Shown here: piece by piece, positions 1 to 9,932 of the stretch
How the letters are laid out: each line of letters begins with the position of its first letter
Position numbering within the stretch: the stretch's first letter is position 1
NCBI GenBank assembly: GCA_050174015.1
Contig: JBFXKG010000006.1
Location: 64,001 to 128,000, forward strand
Length of the DNA stretch: 64,000 nt
Direction of reading: 5' to 3'
Origin: Candidatus Krumholzibacteriia bacterium
GTDB lineage: Bacteria; Krumholzibacteriota; Krumholzibacteriia; LZORAL124-64-63
Notes under the pieces: model-generated
What the model was told of the DNA's origin: nothing
Seen by the model: only the letters and a program-made list of their open reading frames with translations
Databases searched by the model: none
Translations under genes and position numbers: made by a program

Positions 1-1000
1 GGGCGGCCAGGTGACAGGACAGGAAATCGCCGTACTGGACGAGGGACATGATCCTGGCCAGGGGCTCGTCCCCGGCGGGGCGCAGGACCGTCGGCTCGGG
101 AAACTGGCCCGCGAGCAGGTCCAGGGTGGTCCGCACGCGGAGGCCGAGACGCCCATCCGGGTCCGGACCGGAATCCAGGACGATCAGCCGGCAGTCCTCG
201 GGCGGGACCGTGCCGGGCTCCCAGCCCACCAGGTCGTTGTGGTCGAGTTCGGGGAACGCAGCCAGCAGGGCCGGAGACTTGCCGTTCTCGTTCAACTGGG
301 CCTTGAGGCGCAGGCCGGCGGCGTGGGCCTCCCCGCCGGCGGTGAAGATCACCGGCAGCTTGCCCGCCAGGTCGCTCGCCAGGCCGGCGCAATCGGGCCA
401 GCCGTCGGGATCAGGTCCGGCAGGAGGGTATCCCGGTCCGCGGGGGCCTGCGGCCGCCTCGAGCCAGCGGGCGGCGGCGGCGATCCTCCGGTCGGCGGAG
501 ACCACCAGGCCCAGGTGGCCCAGGACCCGGACCAGCGCCCCCAGCCCGTACCCGAGGGACGCGCGGGGAGGCAGCCCCCCCGGCAGGACCACCACGGGAA
601 AACCATGGCTTCCTGCGAGTTCCGTCAGGGCGCCGCCGGAGCTGAGGGAGACAACGGGACAGCTCCTCTCCAGGGCGGCTTCCACGCCCGAAAGGGTTTC
701 CTCGGTGTTGCCGGAATAGGAGCTGGCGATGACCAGGTCCCCCCCGTCGCACCAGCCGGGCAGACCGTAGTCCCGCCAGACGGTCAGGGAGGAGGTCCCT
801 GCCTCCAGCAGGGGCTGGACGAGGTCCCCGGCGATGGCGGATCCGCCCATGCCGCACAGGATCACCCGCTTGCCCGGAACCGGGGGGGCGGAGGCGACCC
901 GGTCCAGGCCCGCCAGGTCGGCGCTGGCGAGCATCTGGCGGGACAGGTCCTCCACGAGGCCGAACATGGACCTGAGGCCGGGCTGGCTGTCGTCGGTCAC
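1..1000 (-). CDS. Bifunctional phosphoglucose/phosphomannose isomerase (SIS domain); runs off the window start
   Basis: Not in the ORF track because it has no stop inside the window. Translated by hand from GTG at 1000, overlapping the ptsI stop: MTDDSQPG...VILCGMGGSAIAGD...SSYSGNTEET...PPRASLGY...KAQLNENGK...FPELDHNDLVGW, the PGI/PMI signatures. Confidence 0.88.
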   Translation of the reverse strand, partial: MTDDSQPGLRSMFGLVEDLSRQMLASADLAGLDRVASAPPVPGKRVILCGMGGSAIAGDLVQPLLEAGTSSLTVWRDYGLPGWCDGGDLVIASSYSGNTEETLSGVEAALERSCPVVSLSSGGALTELAGSHGFPVVVLPGGLPPRASLGYGLGALVRVLGHLGLVVSADRRIAAAARWLEAAAGPRGPGYPPAGPDPDGWPDCAGLASDLAGKLPVIFTAGGEAHAAGLRLKAQLNENGKSPALLAAFPELDHNDLVGWEPGTVPPEDCRLIVLDSGPDPDGRLGLRVRTTLDLLAGQFPEPTVLRPAGDEPLARIMSLVQYGDFLSCHLAA

Positions 1001-2748
1001 GGCTGCTCCTCCAGGCGCCGGCGCTTGCGCTCGGCGATGTAGTCGGCAAGGAATGCGTTGGCCTCGGCCGCCGTCCCGGTCTGGAGCAGGTCGGCGACGA
1101 GATTCCCAGCCTCCCCCGAATCGGTCCAGCGGATCACCTGCTTGATCTTGGGCAGGGCGGCGCCGTGGGTGCTGATCTCGTCCAGCCCCAGCCCCAGCAG
1201 GACCTCCGCCAGGCGCGTCTCCGACCCCATCTCCCCGCAAAGACCGGCCCAGATTCCGGCCGCGTGGGCCGCCTCCACGACCGCCCGGATGCTCCGCAGG
1301 ATGGCCGGATGCAGGGGCTGGTAGAGATAGCTCACGCGGCTGTTGCCGCGGTCCATCGCCAGGGTGTACTGGATGAGATCGTTGCTGCCGATGCTGAAGA
1401 AGTCGCACTCGGCCGCGAGCAGGGGCGCGGCCAGGACGGCCGAAGGGGTTTCCACCATGATCCCGAGATCGACCCCGCGGGCATGGGGCTGCCCGGCGGC
1501 CTCCAGCTCGGCGAGGGCCTCGGCGCAGATCTCCCGGGCCTCGCGCAGTTCCTCCAGGCCCGTGATCATGGGGAACATCAGCTTGATGGGGCCCTGCTCC
1601 CCCGCCCGGAAGATGGCCTTGATCTGGGTCTTGAACAGGGGACGGTTGGCGAGGGAGAACCGGATGCCCCGCCACCCGAGGAAGGGGTTGTACTCCCGCG
1701 TGGCGCCGAGATACCCGCTGACCTTGTCCCCCCCCACGTCCAGGGTCCTGAAGATGACCGGCCGGCCTTCCATGCGCCGGACGATCTCGCTGTAGACCCG
1801 GACCTGGTCCTCCTCGGTGGGAATGGTCTTGTGCTGGAAGAACAGGTATTCGGTCCTCAGCAGGCCGATGCCCTCGGCCCCCCTGGCCAGAGCCTCGTCG
1901 ACCTCGACCGGCAGTTCGATGTTGGCCATCATGCGCACGCGGCGCCCGTCAGGGGTCACCGCCGGCAGGTCCCTGAGTCCGGACAGCTTCTCGTTGACCA
2001 CGACCTGCTGCCGGCTGAGCAACCGCAGGTTCTCGGCGGCCCCGGGTTCCGGGTCGATCAGGACCTTGCCTGCGATCCCGTCCACGCCGACGGTCTGGCC
2101 CTCCGCCAGGGCGGCCGCCACCCCCCTGAGGCCGACCACGGCTGGAACGCCCAGCGAACGTGCGAGGATGGCCACGTGGCTCGTGGCGCCGCCCTCGTCC
2201 ATCACGAAGCCCAGGACATTGTCACGGCCGAGGGCGGCGGTATCGCTGGGGGAGAGGTTGCGGGCGGCGATGATGGAGGGGCGCTGAGGCGCCCGGAACG
2301 CCGGCGGGCCGCCGCCGGCGAATCCACGCAGGACGCGCTGTTCGACGTCCTTGAGATCGGTGACCCGTTCGCGGAACGTCTCGTCCTCGATCTCCAGGAA
2401 CCGGGAGACGATGTCCCCGATCGCCCGGGTGAAGGCCGCTTCGGCGTTGATCCGCTCCAGGCGGATGACCGCCAGGGTGGCGTCCCAGACCAGTTCATCC
2501 TCGAGGATAAGGAGCTGACTGGCCAGGATCTCCCCCTCGTCGGCTCCCAGCTCGCGGGAGATGCTGCGCACGAGTTCCTGGATCTCGGACCGGGCGCACG
2601 CCACCGCCTCGCGGAACCGCTCGATCTCGGTGCCGATGCCGGATGCGGGGATGGACCGGCGTTCGGGCACGAGCATGGCGGTGGCGATCAGGTGCACCGG
2701 CCCGACGGCGTACCCTGGGGAAGCGGCGATGCCCAGGTGTGCGTCCAC
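997..2748 (-). CDS. ptsI: PTS enzyme I (PEP-protein phosphotransferase)
   Basis: TSHVAILARS phospho-His motif, GIGLLRTE, NPFLGWRGIR, DFFSIGSNDL. Confidence 0.97.
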   Translation of the reverse strand: MDAHLGIAASPGYAVGPVHLIATAMLVPERRSIPASGIGTEIERFREAVACARSEIQELVRSISRELGADEGEILASQLLILEDELVWDATLAVIRLERINAEAAFTRAIGDIVSRFLEIEDETFRERVTDLKDVEQRVLRGFAGGGPPAFRAPQRPSIIAARNLSPSDTAALGRDNVLGFVMDEGGATSHVAILARSLGVPAVVGLRGVAAALAEGQTVGVDGIAGKVLIDPEPGAAENLRLLSRQQVVVNEKLSGLRDLPAVTPDGRRVRMMANIELPVEVDEALARGAEGIGLLRTEYLFFQHKTIPTEEDQVRVYSEIVRRMEGRPVIFRTLDVGGDKVSGYLGATREYNPFLGWRGIRFSLANRPLFKTQIKAIFRAGEQGPIKLMFPMITGLEELREAREICAEALAELEAAGQPHARGVDLGIMVETPSAVLAAPLLAAECDFFSIGSNDLIQYTLAMDRGNSRVSYLYQPLHPAILRSIRAVVEAAHAAGIWAGLCGEMGSETRLAEVLLGLGLDEISTHGAALPKIKQVIRWTDSGEAGNLVADLLQTGTAAEANAFLADYIAERKRRRLEEQP

Positions 2749-2749
2749 T

Positions 2750-3028
2750 TCAGTTCCCGTCCTCCGGATGGGCCAGGTCCACGGAGATGAGCTTGATCAT
2801 CAGGGGAGCGACCGAGTCCTCGTCAGGGCCGTCGATCTCGATCTCCACCTCGGTTCCGAACTCGGCCGCCAGACTTGCCAGGCCCATGATGCTCTTGGCG
2901 TTGGCCACTTTTCCGTTGTACCTGATGGTCACCAGGGAGGAAAAGGTCTTGGTCAGCTTGACGATCCTGCCGGCTGCGCGGAGGTGGAAACCGACGGGGT
3001 CGGCGACCATGGCTTTCACTGTTTTCAA
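2750..3028 (-). CDS. ptsH: Phosphocarrier protein HPr
   Basis: GFHLRAA (His15 motif) and NAKSIMG (Ser46 motif). Start placed at TTG 3028, uncertain; the ORF track extends to 3094. Confidence 0.9.
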   Translation of the reverse strand: MKTVKAMVADPVGFHLRAAGRIVKLTKTFSSLVTIRYNGKVANAKSIMGLASLAAEFGTEVEIEIDGPDEDSVAPLMIKLISVDLAHPEDGN

Positions 3029-3090
3029 GTCCGGATTCCCTTGACGGAGGGGATTATCGTTTTCAGGTGCATAATTTAGCTCCCAGCCGG

Positions 3091-3855
3091 TCAAATGGCA
3101 AAACCCGCGGCCAGGGCCAGGGCGGTCGCCGCCAGCAGCATGATCTCCCCCGGCAACCGCTTGCGGATCAAGAGGGGCAACCCGATCCCCAGGATCACTC
3201 CCACCCAGACGAGATCCCCCGCCAACACCCCCGAGAATTCCTGGACCTTCACCATGTAGGTCCCCGCGACCATGCCGGTCAGGGTCATGGCGATCTTCTT
3301 GGAGGCCCGGATGGCGCGGTGCCAGGCCGGATGACGCAGCAGGCGCAGGATATCACGTCCCAGGGCATAGCCCCAGCCCAGGGCGGCCCAGCGGATCACC
3401 AGTTGCATGACGGCGAAGACCAGGATCACCAGGACCGCACCCAGGGCGTGCCCCGTCAGGGCCACCAGGCAGGCGGCCATGATCAGGGCTGGGCGCAGTC
3501 CGAGCCAGAAGAGCTGATCGCCAAGGGAGGCCAGGGTCCGGCCCAGGGAATCCCGGTAGGTCGCGATGAGATCCAGGGGCACATCCAAACCGGCCCGGCG
3601 ATCGTCCTCGAGGCGCACCAGACCGCCGATCAGGAAGTTGGCCAGATAGGGGTTGGTGTTGAAGAACTCGAAATAGCGGCGGCAGAACAGGCGGTTCTGG
3701 TTCGGATCGGAGGCTTGCCGCTGGAGCCAGGGCAACAGGCTGAAAAGCAGGCCGAGATTCTGCATCCTCTGGTGATTCCAGGAGGCCTGCAGGCTGAGGC
3801 TGCGGAAGAAGATCCGCAGGCGCAGCGTCCGATCGAAGCCACCGTGCGCCCTCAT
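3091..3855 (-). CDS. PTS mannose/fructose/sorbose family IID component
   Basis: RSLSLQASWNHQRMQNLG, FFNTNPY, LASLGDQLFW. ATG at 3855 overlaps the IIC stop (ATGA). Confidence 0.92.
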   Translation of the reverse strand: MRAHGGFDRTLRLRIFFRSLSLQASWNHQRMQNLGLLFSLLPWLQRQASDPNQNRLFCRRYFEFFNTNPYLANFLIGGLVRLEDDRRAGLDVPLDLIATYRDSLGRTLASLGDQLFWLGLRPALIMAACLVALTGHALGAVLVILVFAVMQLVIRWAALGWGYALGRDILRLLRHPAWHRAIRASKKIAMTLTGMVAGTYMVKVQEFSGVLAGDLVWVGVILGIGLPLLIRKRLPGEIMLLAATALALAAGFAI

Positions 3856-4607
3856 GCCCACCCCCCGACCCGGGCCAGGAGGTAGGCGGCCAGCGCCCCT
3901 CCCGCCACCCATGACCAGTTGCGGCGCCAGCCGAACCTCTCGACCATGGTGCCGATCCCGATGCCCGGCAGCAGCAGGGGCAGCAGGGAAAGCCCGGTCC
4001 TCAGCCCGGGGCCCAGGGAGGAGAAGGCCGGCAGCCACCAGGAAGTCAACACCACGGTGAACAGCAGGCAGGCGGCGAACCCTCTCAGGAAGGTGAGTCC
4101 CAGGCACCGCAGGTGCATGAACTCCATCCGCCTGAGGGATCCGTCGCGCAGGGTCAGGCGTCCCTGCAACATCCAGACGTCGTGGGCCGAACGCTCCCCC
4201 TGGATGATGCGGTGCCCTGCCAGGCTGAGCAGACCGGCGGCGAGCAGCAGCCAGCCCAGCAGGCCCTGGGTTGCGGGCGCCTGGCCCTCGAGAGCCGGCG
4301 CGAGGCTGACCCCGGCGGCGCCCGCGGCCCCCACCACCGCCACCACCGCGGTGGTGGGATCACCGGTGAACGACTGCCCCACGGGCAGGTTGCCGATCAT
4401 CACCAGTTGCAGGGGCAGCCCCACCGCCAGACCGAGCACCGGATCCCCCACCAGCAATCCCGTCAACACCCCGCCGGGCAACGGCTGGCTGACCCAGGTC
4501 TGGGCGACGGCGGTTTCGTCGAGGCAGAGCAGGCCGGCGAGAAGGGAGACCAGTCCCAGCTGCACCCATCCCGGGTCGGCAAGGAGAAGGGCCGAGGCCG
4601 CATCCAT
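3852..4607 (-). CDS. PTS mannose family IIC component
   Basis: Hydrophobic; SQPLPGGVLTGLLVGDP..GL...LQLVMIGNLPVG. Lies between IIB and IID; start at ATG 4607. Confidence 0.85.
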   Translation of the reverse strand: MDAASALLLADPGWVQLGLVSLLAGLLCLDETAVAQTWVSQPLPGGVLTGLLVGDPVLGLAVGLPLQLVMIGNLPVGQSFTGDPTTAVVAVVGAAGAAGVSLAPALEGQAPATQGLLGWLLLAAGLLSLAGHRIIQGERSAHDVWMLQGRLTLRDGSLRRMEFMHLRCLGLTFLRGFAACLLFTVVLTSWWLPAFSSLGPGLRTGLSLLPLLLPGIGIGTMVERFGWRRNWSWVAGGALAAYLLARVGGWA

Positions 4608-5104
4608 CAGAACCTGGCCTCCATTTCCAGCACGTGGCCCAGGTCCAGGGGAAAATCCCGGCCCCCGGGCACCTGCTGCGCCCTGAGTTCGGCGCCCAGG
4701 TCGAGCAGCCGCCGCAGGGACCTCAGGTCCATGGGGTCGAGATAGACGAAGGGGAACAGCTCCTTCTTGCCCGCGGCGAAGTGGAGCCCCCCCACGTTGA
4801 CGAGGGAGATGGGGGCCCCCAGCCGCACCAGTTCGGCCATGGCGAAGACCGATCCCGTCAGGACCAGGATGCGCTCCTCGCCGGCGGCGCGGGATTTCAG
4901 GTGAGCGACGGACTCGGCGATGGACAGGACCGAGACGGCCGTGGAGGGGGGAACGGAACAGCGGTAGATCTCGGATTGCCACTCGTCCGCCGCGATGGCG
5001 TTGTCGGCCAGGAGGATCCGGTCGGGCCGCAGCTGCTGGCACCAGCCGACCGTCACCTGTCCGTGGATGAGGCGGTCGTCGATCCGGGCCAGGACGACAC
5101 CCAT
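4607..5104 (-). CDS. PTS mannose family IIB component
   Basis: RIDDRLIHGQV phospho-His motif, VNVGG, QQVPG; start ATG 5104. Confidence 0.94.
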   Translation of the reverse strand: MGVVLARIDDRLIHGQVTVGWCQQLRPDRILLADNAIAADEWQSEIYRCSVPPSTAVSVLSIAESVAHLKSRAAGEERILVLTGSVFAMAELVRLGAPISLVNVGGLHFAAGKKELFPFVYLDPMDLRSLRRLLDLGAELRAQQVPGGRDFPLDLGHVLEMEARF

Positions 5105-5487
5105 CAACGCACCCCGACGGTGGTGATGGCCTCGCGCCCCTTGTCCACCAGCTTCCGGACCAGCACGGGGAATTCGGTCCCCTCGCGCCAGGTCACGAAT
5201 CCCAGGAGCATGGCCAGGTTGACGCCGCTGAGGATGGCGGCCTGCGGCTCCGGCCCGCAGGCGAGCTGCGCGGCGGTGGCGCAGCTGCCGCCGTAATCGT
5301 CGATGAAGATGACCGCGTGCTCCCCCGGCTCCTCGGCCAGCCACCGCTTGATCTCGGTGGTGATGTCCTGGGCCGACTTGCCGTGGTTGGACATGGCCGT
5401 CAGCCCGCTGACCTCACCCATGATCATGGCGATGACGTTGACGAGCTCCCGTCCGATCCCCCCGTGCGTCATGACAAGTCCACGCAT
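5104..5487 (-). CDS. PTS mannose family IIA component
   Basis: VMTHG His motif, DDYGGSC, GVNLAMLL. Confidence 0.92.
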   Translation of the reverse strand: MRGLVMTHGGIGRELVNVIAMIMGEVSGLTAMSNHGKSAQDITTEIKRWLAEEPGEHAVIFIDDYGGSCATAAQLACGPEPQAAILSGVNLAMLLGFVTWREGTEFPVLVRKLVDKGREAITTVGVR

Positions 5488-5539
5488 GGTGTCCGCCTTT
5501 CCGACAGCCCCGTTCCCCTTCCGCGCGGGAACCGCGCCG

Positions 5540-6541
5540 TCATTCCCGGTCCTGGTCCAGGTAGCCTCGCAGCCGGTCGCTGTTGCGCATGGTCTGCAGG
5601 ATGCGTTCGTTCAGCACCTGGGCGGCGTCGTAGCCGTAGACCTTGAGCATGAAGTTCAGCGCGATGACCTCGCTGATGACGGTGATGTTCTTGCCGGGGA
5701 AGAGCGGCACCGCGACCTGGGGAATGCTCACCCCCAGGATCTCGGTGAAGCGGTTTTCCAGCCCGCTCCGCTCGTAGTCGGCGTCGTCGTCCCATTCCTG
5801 GAGCTGGACCTCGACCTCGATCCGCTTCTGCATGCGGATGGACCGGATGCCGAAGATGGCCTGGACGTCGATGACGCCCACGCCCCGGATCTCCAGGTGA
5901 TGGCGCAGCACTTCCCGGTACCGGCCGATCAGGACGTCTTCCCCGGTGCGGGTGATCTCCACGATGTCGTCGGCGACCAGCCGGTGCCCGCGCTCGATCA
6001 GGTCCAGGGCGCATTCGCTCTTGCCGATTCCGCTGCGCCCGGTGAACAGCAAACCGACGCCGTAGACGTCCACCAGGGTCCCGTGGACCTCGGTCCGGGG
6101 AGAGAACAGCCTCTCGAGGTTGTGGGCGAGTTCGGAGAGGAATTCGACCGCAGGCAGGGCGGACCGGATGAGGGGGAACTGCCGCTCCCTGACCAGCTGC
6201 AGGATCGGCGGAGGCACGGACTGGTCCATGGCGATGAAGATGACCGGAGGTTCGAGGTCGAGCACGCGCTGGACCGCGGTCCGCTGCTCCCCGGGCTCGA
6301 GGGTGGTCAGATAGGCCGTCTCGGATTCCCCGAAGACCTGGATGCGCTGGGGCAGGAAGTTCTCCGCGAAACCCATGAGGGCCATGCCCGGCCGGTGGAC
6401 GTCCTTGGCCCGGATCACGACCGGTTCGTCAGGCATCTCCCCCAGCAGGTCGAGCATCAACGGGACCCTCAGCTCCTGGTAGAGCTTCTGGACCGTGACC
6501 TCGGGCATGGTGCCCCCCTGTGCCACGTGCCGGCCCCTCAA
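5540..6541 (-). CDS. hprK: HPr(Ser) kinase/phosphorylase
   Basis: HRPGMAL, HGTLVDVYGVG, Walker A GRSGIGKSE, LVADD, LEIRGVG. True start may be MPEVTV at ~6508. Confidence 0.96.
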   Translation of the reverse strand: MRGRHVAQGGTMPEVTVQKLYQELRVPLMLDLLGEMPDEPVVIRAKDVHRPGMALMGFAENFLPQRIQVFGESETAYLTTLEPGEQRTAVQRVLDLEPPVIFIAMDQSVPPPILQLVRERQFPLIRSALPAVEFLSELAHNLERLFSPRTEVHGTLVDVYGVGLLFTGRSGIGKSECALDLIERGHRLVADDIVEITRTGEDVLIGRYREVLRHHLEIRGVGVIDVQAIFGIRSIRMQKRIEVEVQLQEWDDDADYERSGLENRFTEILGVSIPQVAVPLFPGKNITVISEVIALNFMLKVYGYDAAQVLNERILQTMRNSDRLRGYLDQDRE

Positions 6542-7080
6542 GCGCCGATGGCCTCCATGTGGGCGATCCCGCCGTCATCCTTCCGGTAGATCACGCCCAC
6601 GCCCGAGGTCTCGATGTTGCGGAAGACCAGGAAAGGCAGGCTCCCCGCCAGAAAGGCCTCCTTGGCCGATTCGACGTCCATGTCGCGCAGGACGAATCCC
6701 TCGGGCCGGCTGTCGCCGGAACCCAGGGGACCGTCGGCCAGCATCGCCCTGCCGAGGCCGCCCTCCTCGCCCTTCTGCTTGCCGCTGATCTTGCCCTTGA
6801 ACTTGGAAAGCTGGACCCTGAGGTTCTCCACCAGATCGTTGACGGCGAACTCGGGCTCGGCGGCCTCGGCCTTGGCCCGGAACTCGTTGTTCTTGAGGAA
6901 CAGGGCCGCGTCGGCGCTGAACGACCCCGCCTCGTGGACCAGGGTGACCTTGACGTTCTGCACCGGCCGGGGGCTGAAACGTTCCAGCTTCTCGAGGGAG
7001 CTCTCGATCTCTTCCCGCTGCTCCTCGCCGAGGGTGAAATGGCGGGCGATGATTTCCATCTGCATAGCGTCCTCCTTCAT
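6538..7080 (-). CDS. hpf: Ribosome hibernation factor, long HPF/RaiA
   Basis: MEIIARHF N-terminal domain plus C-terminal MDVESA...FLVFRN...VIYRKDDG domain; directly downstream of rpoN. Confidence 0.88.
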   Translation of the reverse strand: MKEDAMQMEIIARHFTLGEEQREEIESSLEKLERFSPRPVQNVKVTLVHEAGSFSADAALFLKNNEFRAKAEAAEPEFAVNDLVENLRVQLSKFKGKISGKQKGEEGGLGRAMLADGPLGSGDSRPEGFVLRDMDVESAKEAFLAGSLPFLVFRNIETSGVGVIYRKDDGGIAHMEAIGA

Positions 7081-7101
7081 CGGGGCGGAAGCCCCACGGG
7101 G

Positions 7102-8529
7102 TCAGAACTGCTTTCGCATCCTCGCACTGAGAATCCCCATCTGCTCCCGGTACTTGGCGACGGTGCGCCGGGCGATCTTCAGCCCGCGCTCCTGGAGCAT
7201 GTCAACGATCTTCTTGTCCGACAAAGGCTTCGCGGGGTTTTCCTTTTCGATGATCTCCTGGATCATGATCTTCACCGCCTTGGCGGCGACCTCCACCCCG
7301 GATCGGGAATCCAGCCCCGCACTGAAGAAGAACTTCAAGGGGAAGACGCCCCGGGGGGTCTGGACGTACTTCTGGCGGGTGACCCGCGACACCGTGGATT
7401 CGTGCATTCCGATCTTCGATGCGACCTGCTGCAGGGTCAAGGGCTTTAGCGCGATCGCGCCCTTCTCGAAGAAATCCCTCTGCTCCTCGACGATGGCCTC
7501 CATCACCTTGATCATGGTCCGCCGGCGCTGCTCGATGGTCTTGATGACCCATTCGGCGTGGCGCCGCTTCTCGTCGATGAACTTGACCGTGTCCTCGCTG
7601 CTGACGCCGCTCTGCTCGTAGGCCTGGCTGACGCGGAGCTGGGGCAGGTTGCCGTCGTTGAGGTACACGACGTATTCGTCGCTGCCCTCGTCGACCTTGA
7701 CGACCTCGAGATCGGGAACGATGACCCGGGCCCCCTCGCTCTCGGCCGCCATGCCGGGCCGGGGGTCGAGCTCGCCGATCCGCTTGGCGATGTCCTGGAC
7801 CTCGTGCGGGGTGATCTTCATCTCGCGGGCGATGTCGCCGAACTTGCGGTTCTTCAGGGATTCGAAGTGGTGCCGGATGACGTGGGCCTCGTCCGATTCC
7901 TCCAGGCCCTTGGCCTCGAGCTGCAGCAGCAGGCATTCCTGGAGATCCCGGGCGGCGACGCCCGGCGGGTCGAAACCCTGGATGATCCGCAGCACAGCCT
8001 CCACGGCGGCCTCGTCCACCTCGAAGTAGGCGGCGATCTCCGCCACCGGACAGGCCAGCATGCCGTCCCCGTTGAGGCAGCCGATGATGTATTCGCCGAT
8101 CCGGCGCTCGAGACCTTCGGGGACGGCCAGCTGCAGCTGATCGGTCAGGGCTTCCTGGCCGGAGGGGACGTACTTCTGGGGCCGCTCGAGCTCGTCCTCC
8201 TCCTCGTAGCCGATTTCGTTGGCAACGCCGCGGAAACCCTCGTCCCAGCTGTCCCCCCAGTCCCGGTTCTCGTCCTGAGGCTCCCGCTCCTGGTCCCTCC
8301 CGGTCTCCTCGAGCTCCGAGACCTCGTTCTCCAGTCTGGTCTCCTCCTCCAGTTCCTCCTCCGGCTCCACTTCCTCCAGCAGGGGGTTCCCCTGCAGCTC
8401 GGTGCGCAGGATCTGCTCCAGTTCCAGGGTGGGGACCTGGAGCAGCTTCAGGGCCTGCTGCAGCCGCTGGGTCATGACCAGCTGCTGGCGCAGCTGCATG
8501 CTCTGTCTCAAGCCGATGTTCGGACCCAT
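7102..8529 (-). CDS. rpoN: RNA polymerase sigma-54 factor
   Basis: Gln/Leu-rich N-terminus, HESTVSR, RpoN box ARRTVAKYRE. Confidence 0.98.
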   Translation of the reverse strand: MGPNIGLRQSMQLRQQLVMTQRLQQALKLLQVPTLELEQILRTELQGNPLLEEVEPEEELEEETRLENEVSELEETGRDQEREPQDENRDWGDSWDEGFRGVANEIGYEEEDELERPQKYVPSGQEALTDQLQLAVPEGLERRIGEYIIGCLNGDGMLACPVAEIAAYFEVDEAAVEAVLRIIQGFDPPGVAARDLQECLLLQLEAKGLEESDEAHVIRHHFESLKNRKFGDIAREMKITPHEVQDIAKRIGELDPRPGMAAESEGARVIVPDLEVVKVDEGSDEYVVYLNDGNLPQLRVSQAYEQSGVSSEDTVKFIDEKRRHAEWVIKTIEQRRRTMIKVMEAIVEEQRDFFEKGAIALKPLTLQQVASKIGMHESTVSRVTRQKYVQTPRGVFPLKFFFSAGLDSRSGVEVAAKAVKIMIQEIIEKENPAKPLSDKKIVDMLQERGLKIARRTVAKYREQMGILSARMRKQF

Positions 8530-8593
8530 CGCATCCGTCCTTTGGTCATCCCCCCGGGAATCCGTTCCCGGCGGGGTGGGGCCGCCCGGCCCT

Positions 8594-9331
8594 CTATAGT
8601 TGGAACTTCTCGCCCAGGTAGATGGCCCTGGCCTTCTCCGAGCCCACGATCTCCGCGGCCGAACCCGCCAGTTCGATCTTCCCGTCGAACAGGATGTAGG
8701 ACCGGTCCGTGATGCTCAGCGTCTCCCGGACGTTATGGTCGGTGATCAGCACTCCCAGCCCGTTCGCCTTCAGCTGCACCACCACCGACTGCAGGTCGGC
8801 CACGGCGATGGGATCGATGCCGGCGAAGGGCTCGTCCAGCAGCATGAATTTCGGTTCGGTGACCAGGGCCCTGGCGATCTCCACCCGGCGCCGCTCCCCG
8901 CCCGAGAGCTGGTAGCCCCGGCTCTTGCGGACGTGGCCGACACCCATCATTTCCAGGAGCTCTTCCAGCCGCCGCGCCTGCTCGGCCCGCGAGGCGCGCG
9001 TGGTCTGCAGGATGGCCAGGATGTTCTCCTCCACCGTCAGCTTGCGGAAGATGGAGGATTCCTGGGGCAGATACCCGATCCCCAGCCTGGCCCGCTTGTA
9101 CATGGGCAGCCGGCTGATGTCCCTGCCGTCGAGATGGACGAGCCCCTCGTCGGGGGTGATGAAGCCGACGATCATGTAGAAGGACGTCGTTTTCCCCGCC
9201 CCGTTGGGCCCCAGCAGACCGACGATTTCACCCTGGTTGAGCTCGAGGTCCACCCCGTCGACCACGGCCCGGCCCCGGTAGACCTTGCGCAGGCCCTTGA
9301 CGGTGAGGATGGATCCTGGCCGGTCGGTCAT
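8594..9331 (-). CDS. lptB: LPS export ABC transporter ATPase
   Basis: [50 protein letters not shown]. Confidence 0.97.
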   Translation of the reverse strand: MTDRPGSILTVKGLRKVYRGRAVVDGVDLELNQGEIVGLLGPNGAGKTTSFYMIVGFITPDEGLVHLDGRDISRLPMYKRARLGIGYLPQESSIFRKLTVEENILAILQTTRASRAEQARRLEELLEMMGVGHVRKSRGYQLSGGERRRVEIARALVTEPKFMLLDEPFAGIDPIAVADLQSVVVQLKANGLGVLITDHNVRETLSITDRSYILFDGKIELAGSAAEIVGSEKARAIYLGEKFQL

Positions 9332-9909
9332 TGGTTCGCGGTTCCTTCCTCCGCAGGGGCGTCCTCGACCTCGCTGGCGAAATCGGTCTTGATTTCAAAG
9401 TACTCCAGATCGGGCGTCGCTTCCATCCCGATCCCCGTGGCGACGCCGCTTTCCCAGACGAAACGGTCGAAGACCTCGTTGGTGATCAGTTCGCTCTCGT
9501 TGTCGTAGAAGAGCTCCTCGGTCTCGAGGCTGCGCCCCTCGATGTTCTCGAGGTGGACGTCGCCCCAGACGTGGACCGCGTGGGTATGGGGATTGGCCCG
9601 GCCGCTGTCGGCGGTCAAGGTGGAGAAGGGCTTCCCCTCCCGGTAGAAATCCATCGTCACCGTCACCAGGGTCACGTCGTCGATCCCGCTGTACTTGTGC
9701 ATCAGCTCGCTCTTGAGGATCCAGCTGCGGACCCCGCCGGACGTCTCGATCATGTTCTGGTCGAAGAAGGTCTGTTCGAGCACCGGCCCCTGCGGCGCCG
9801 GTGCGGGCGACTCGGGCTCGCTGGCGTCCCGGCAACCGCCGGACCCCAGGGCCGCCAGGAGCAGGGCCGCCGGGAGCAGGGCCGCCGTCATGACCTTGCG
9901 GACAGTCAC
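9328..9909 (-). CDS. lptC: LPS export protein LptC (lipoprotein-type signal)
   Basis: Signal ending [12 protein letters not shown]...VWGDV...LETEELFYD...GIGMEA beta-jellyroll pattern; adjacent to lptB. Confidence 0.8.
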   Translation of the reverse strand: MTVRKVMTAALLPAALLLAALGSGGCRDASEPESPAPAPQGPVLEQTFFDQNMIETSGGVRSWILKSELMHKYSGIDDVTLVTVTMDFYREGKPFSTLTADSGRANPHTHAVHVWGDVHLENIEGRSLETEELFYDNESELITNEVFDRFVWESGVATGIGMEATPDLEYFEIKTDFASEVEDAPAEEGTANQ

Positions 9910-9932
9910 GATTCATCCTTCCTGCCGACTGT

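Noticed and set aside
3029..3094. AT-rich spacer before ptsH as an internal promoter
   Set aside because: The candidate -35 and -10 hexamers have wrong spacing on both strands.
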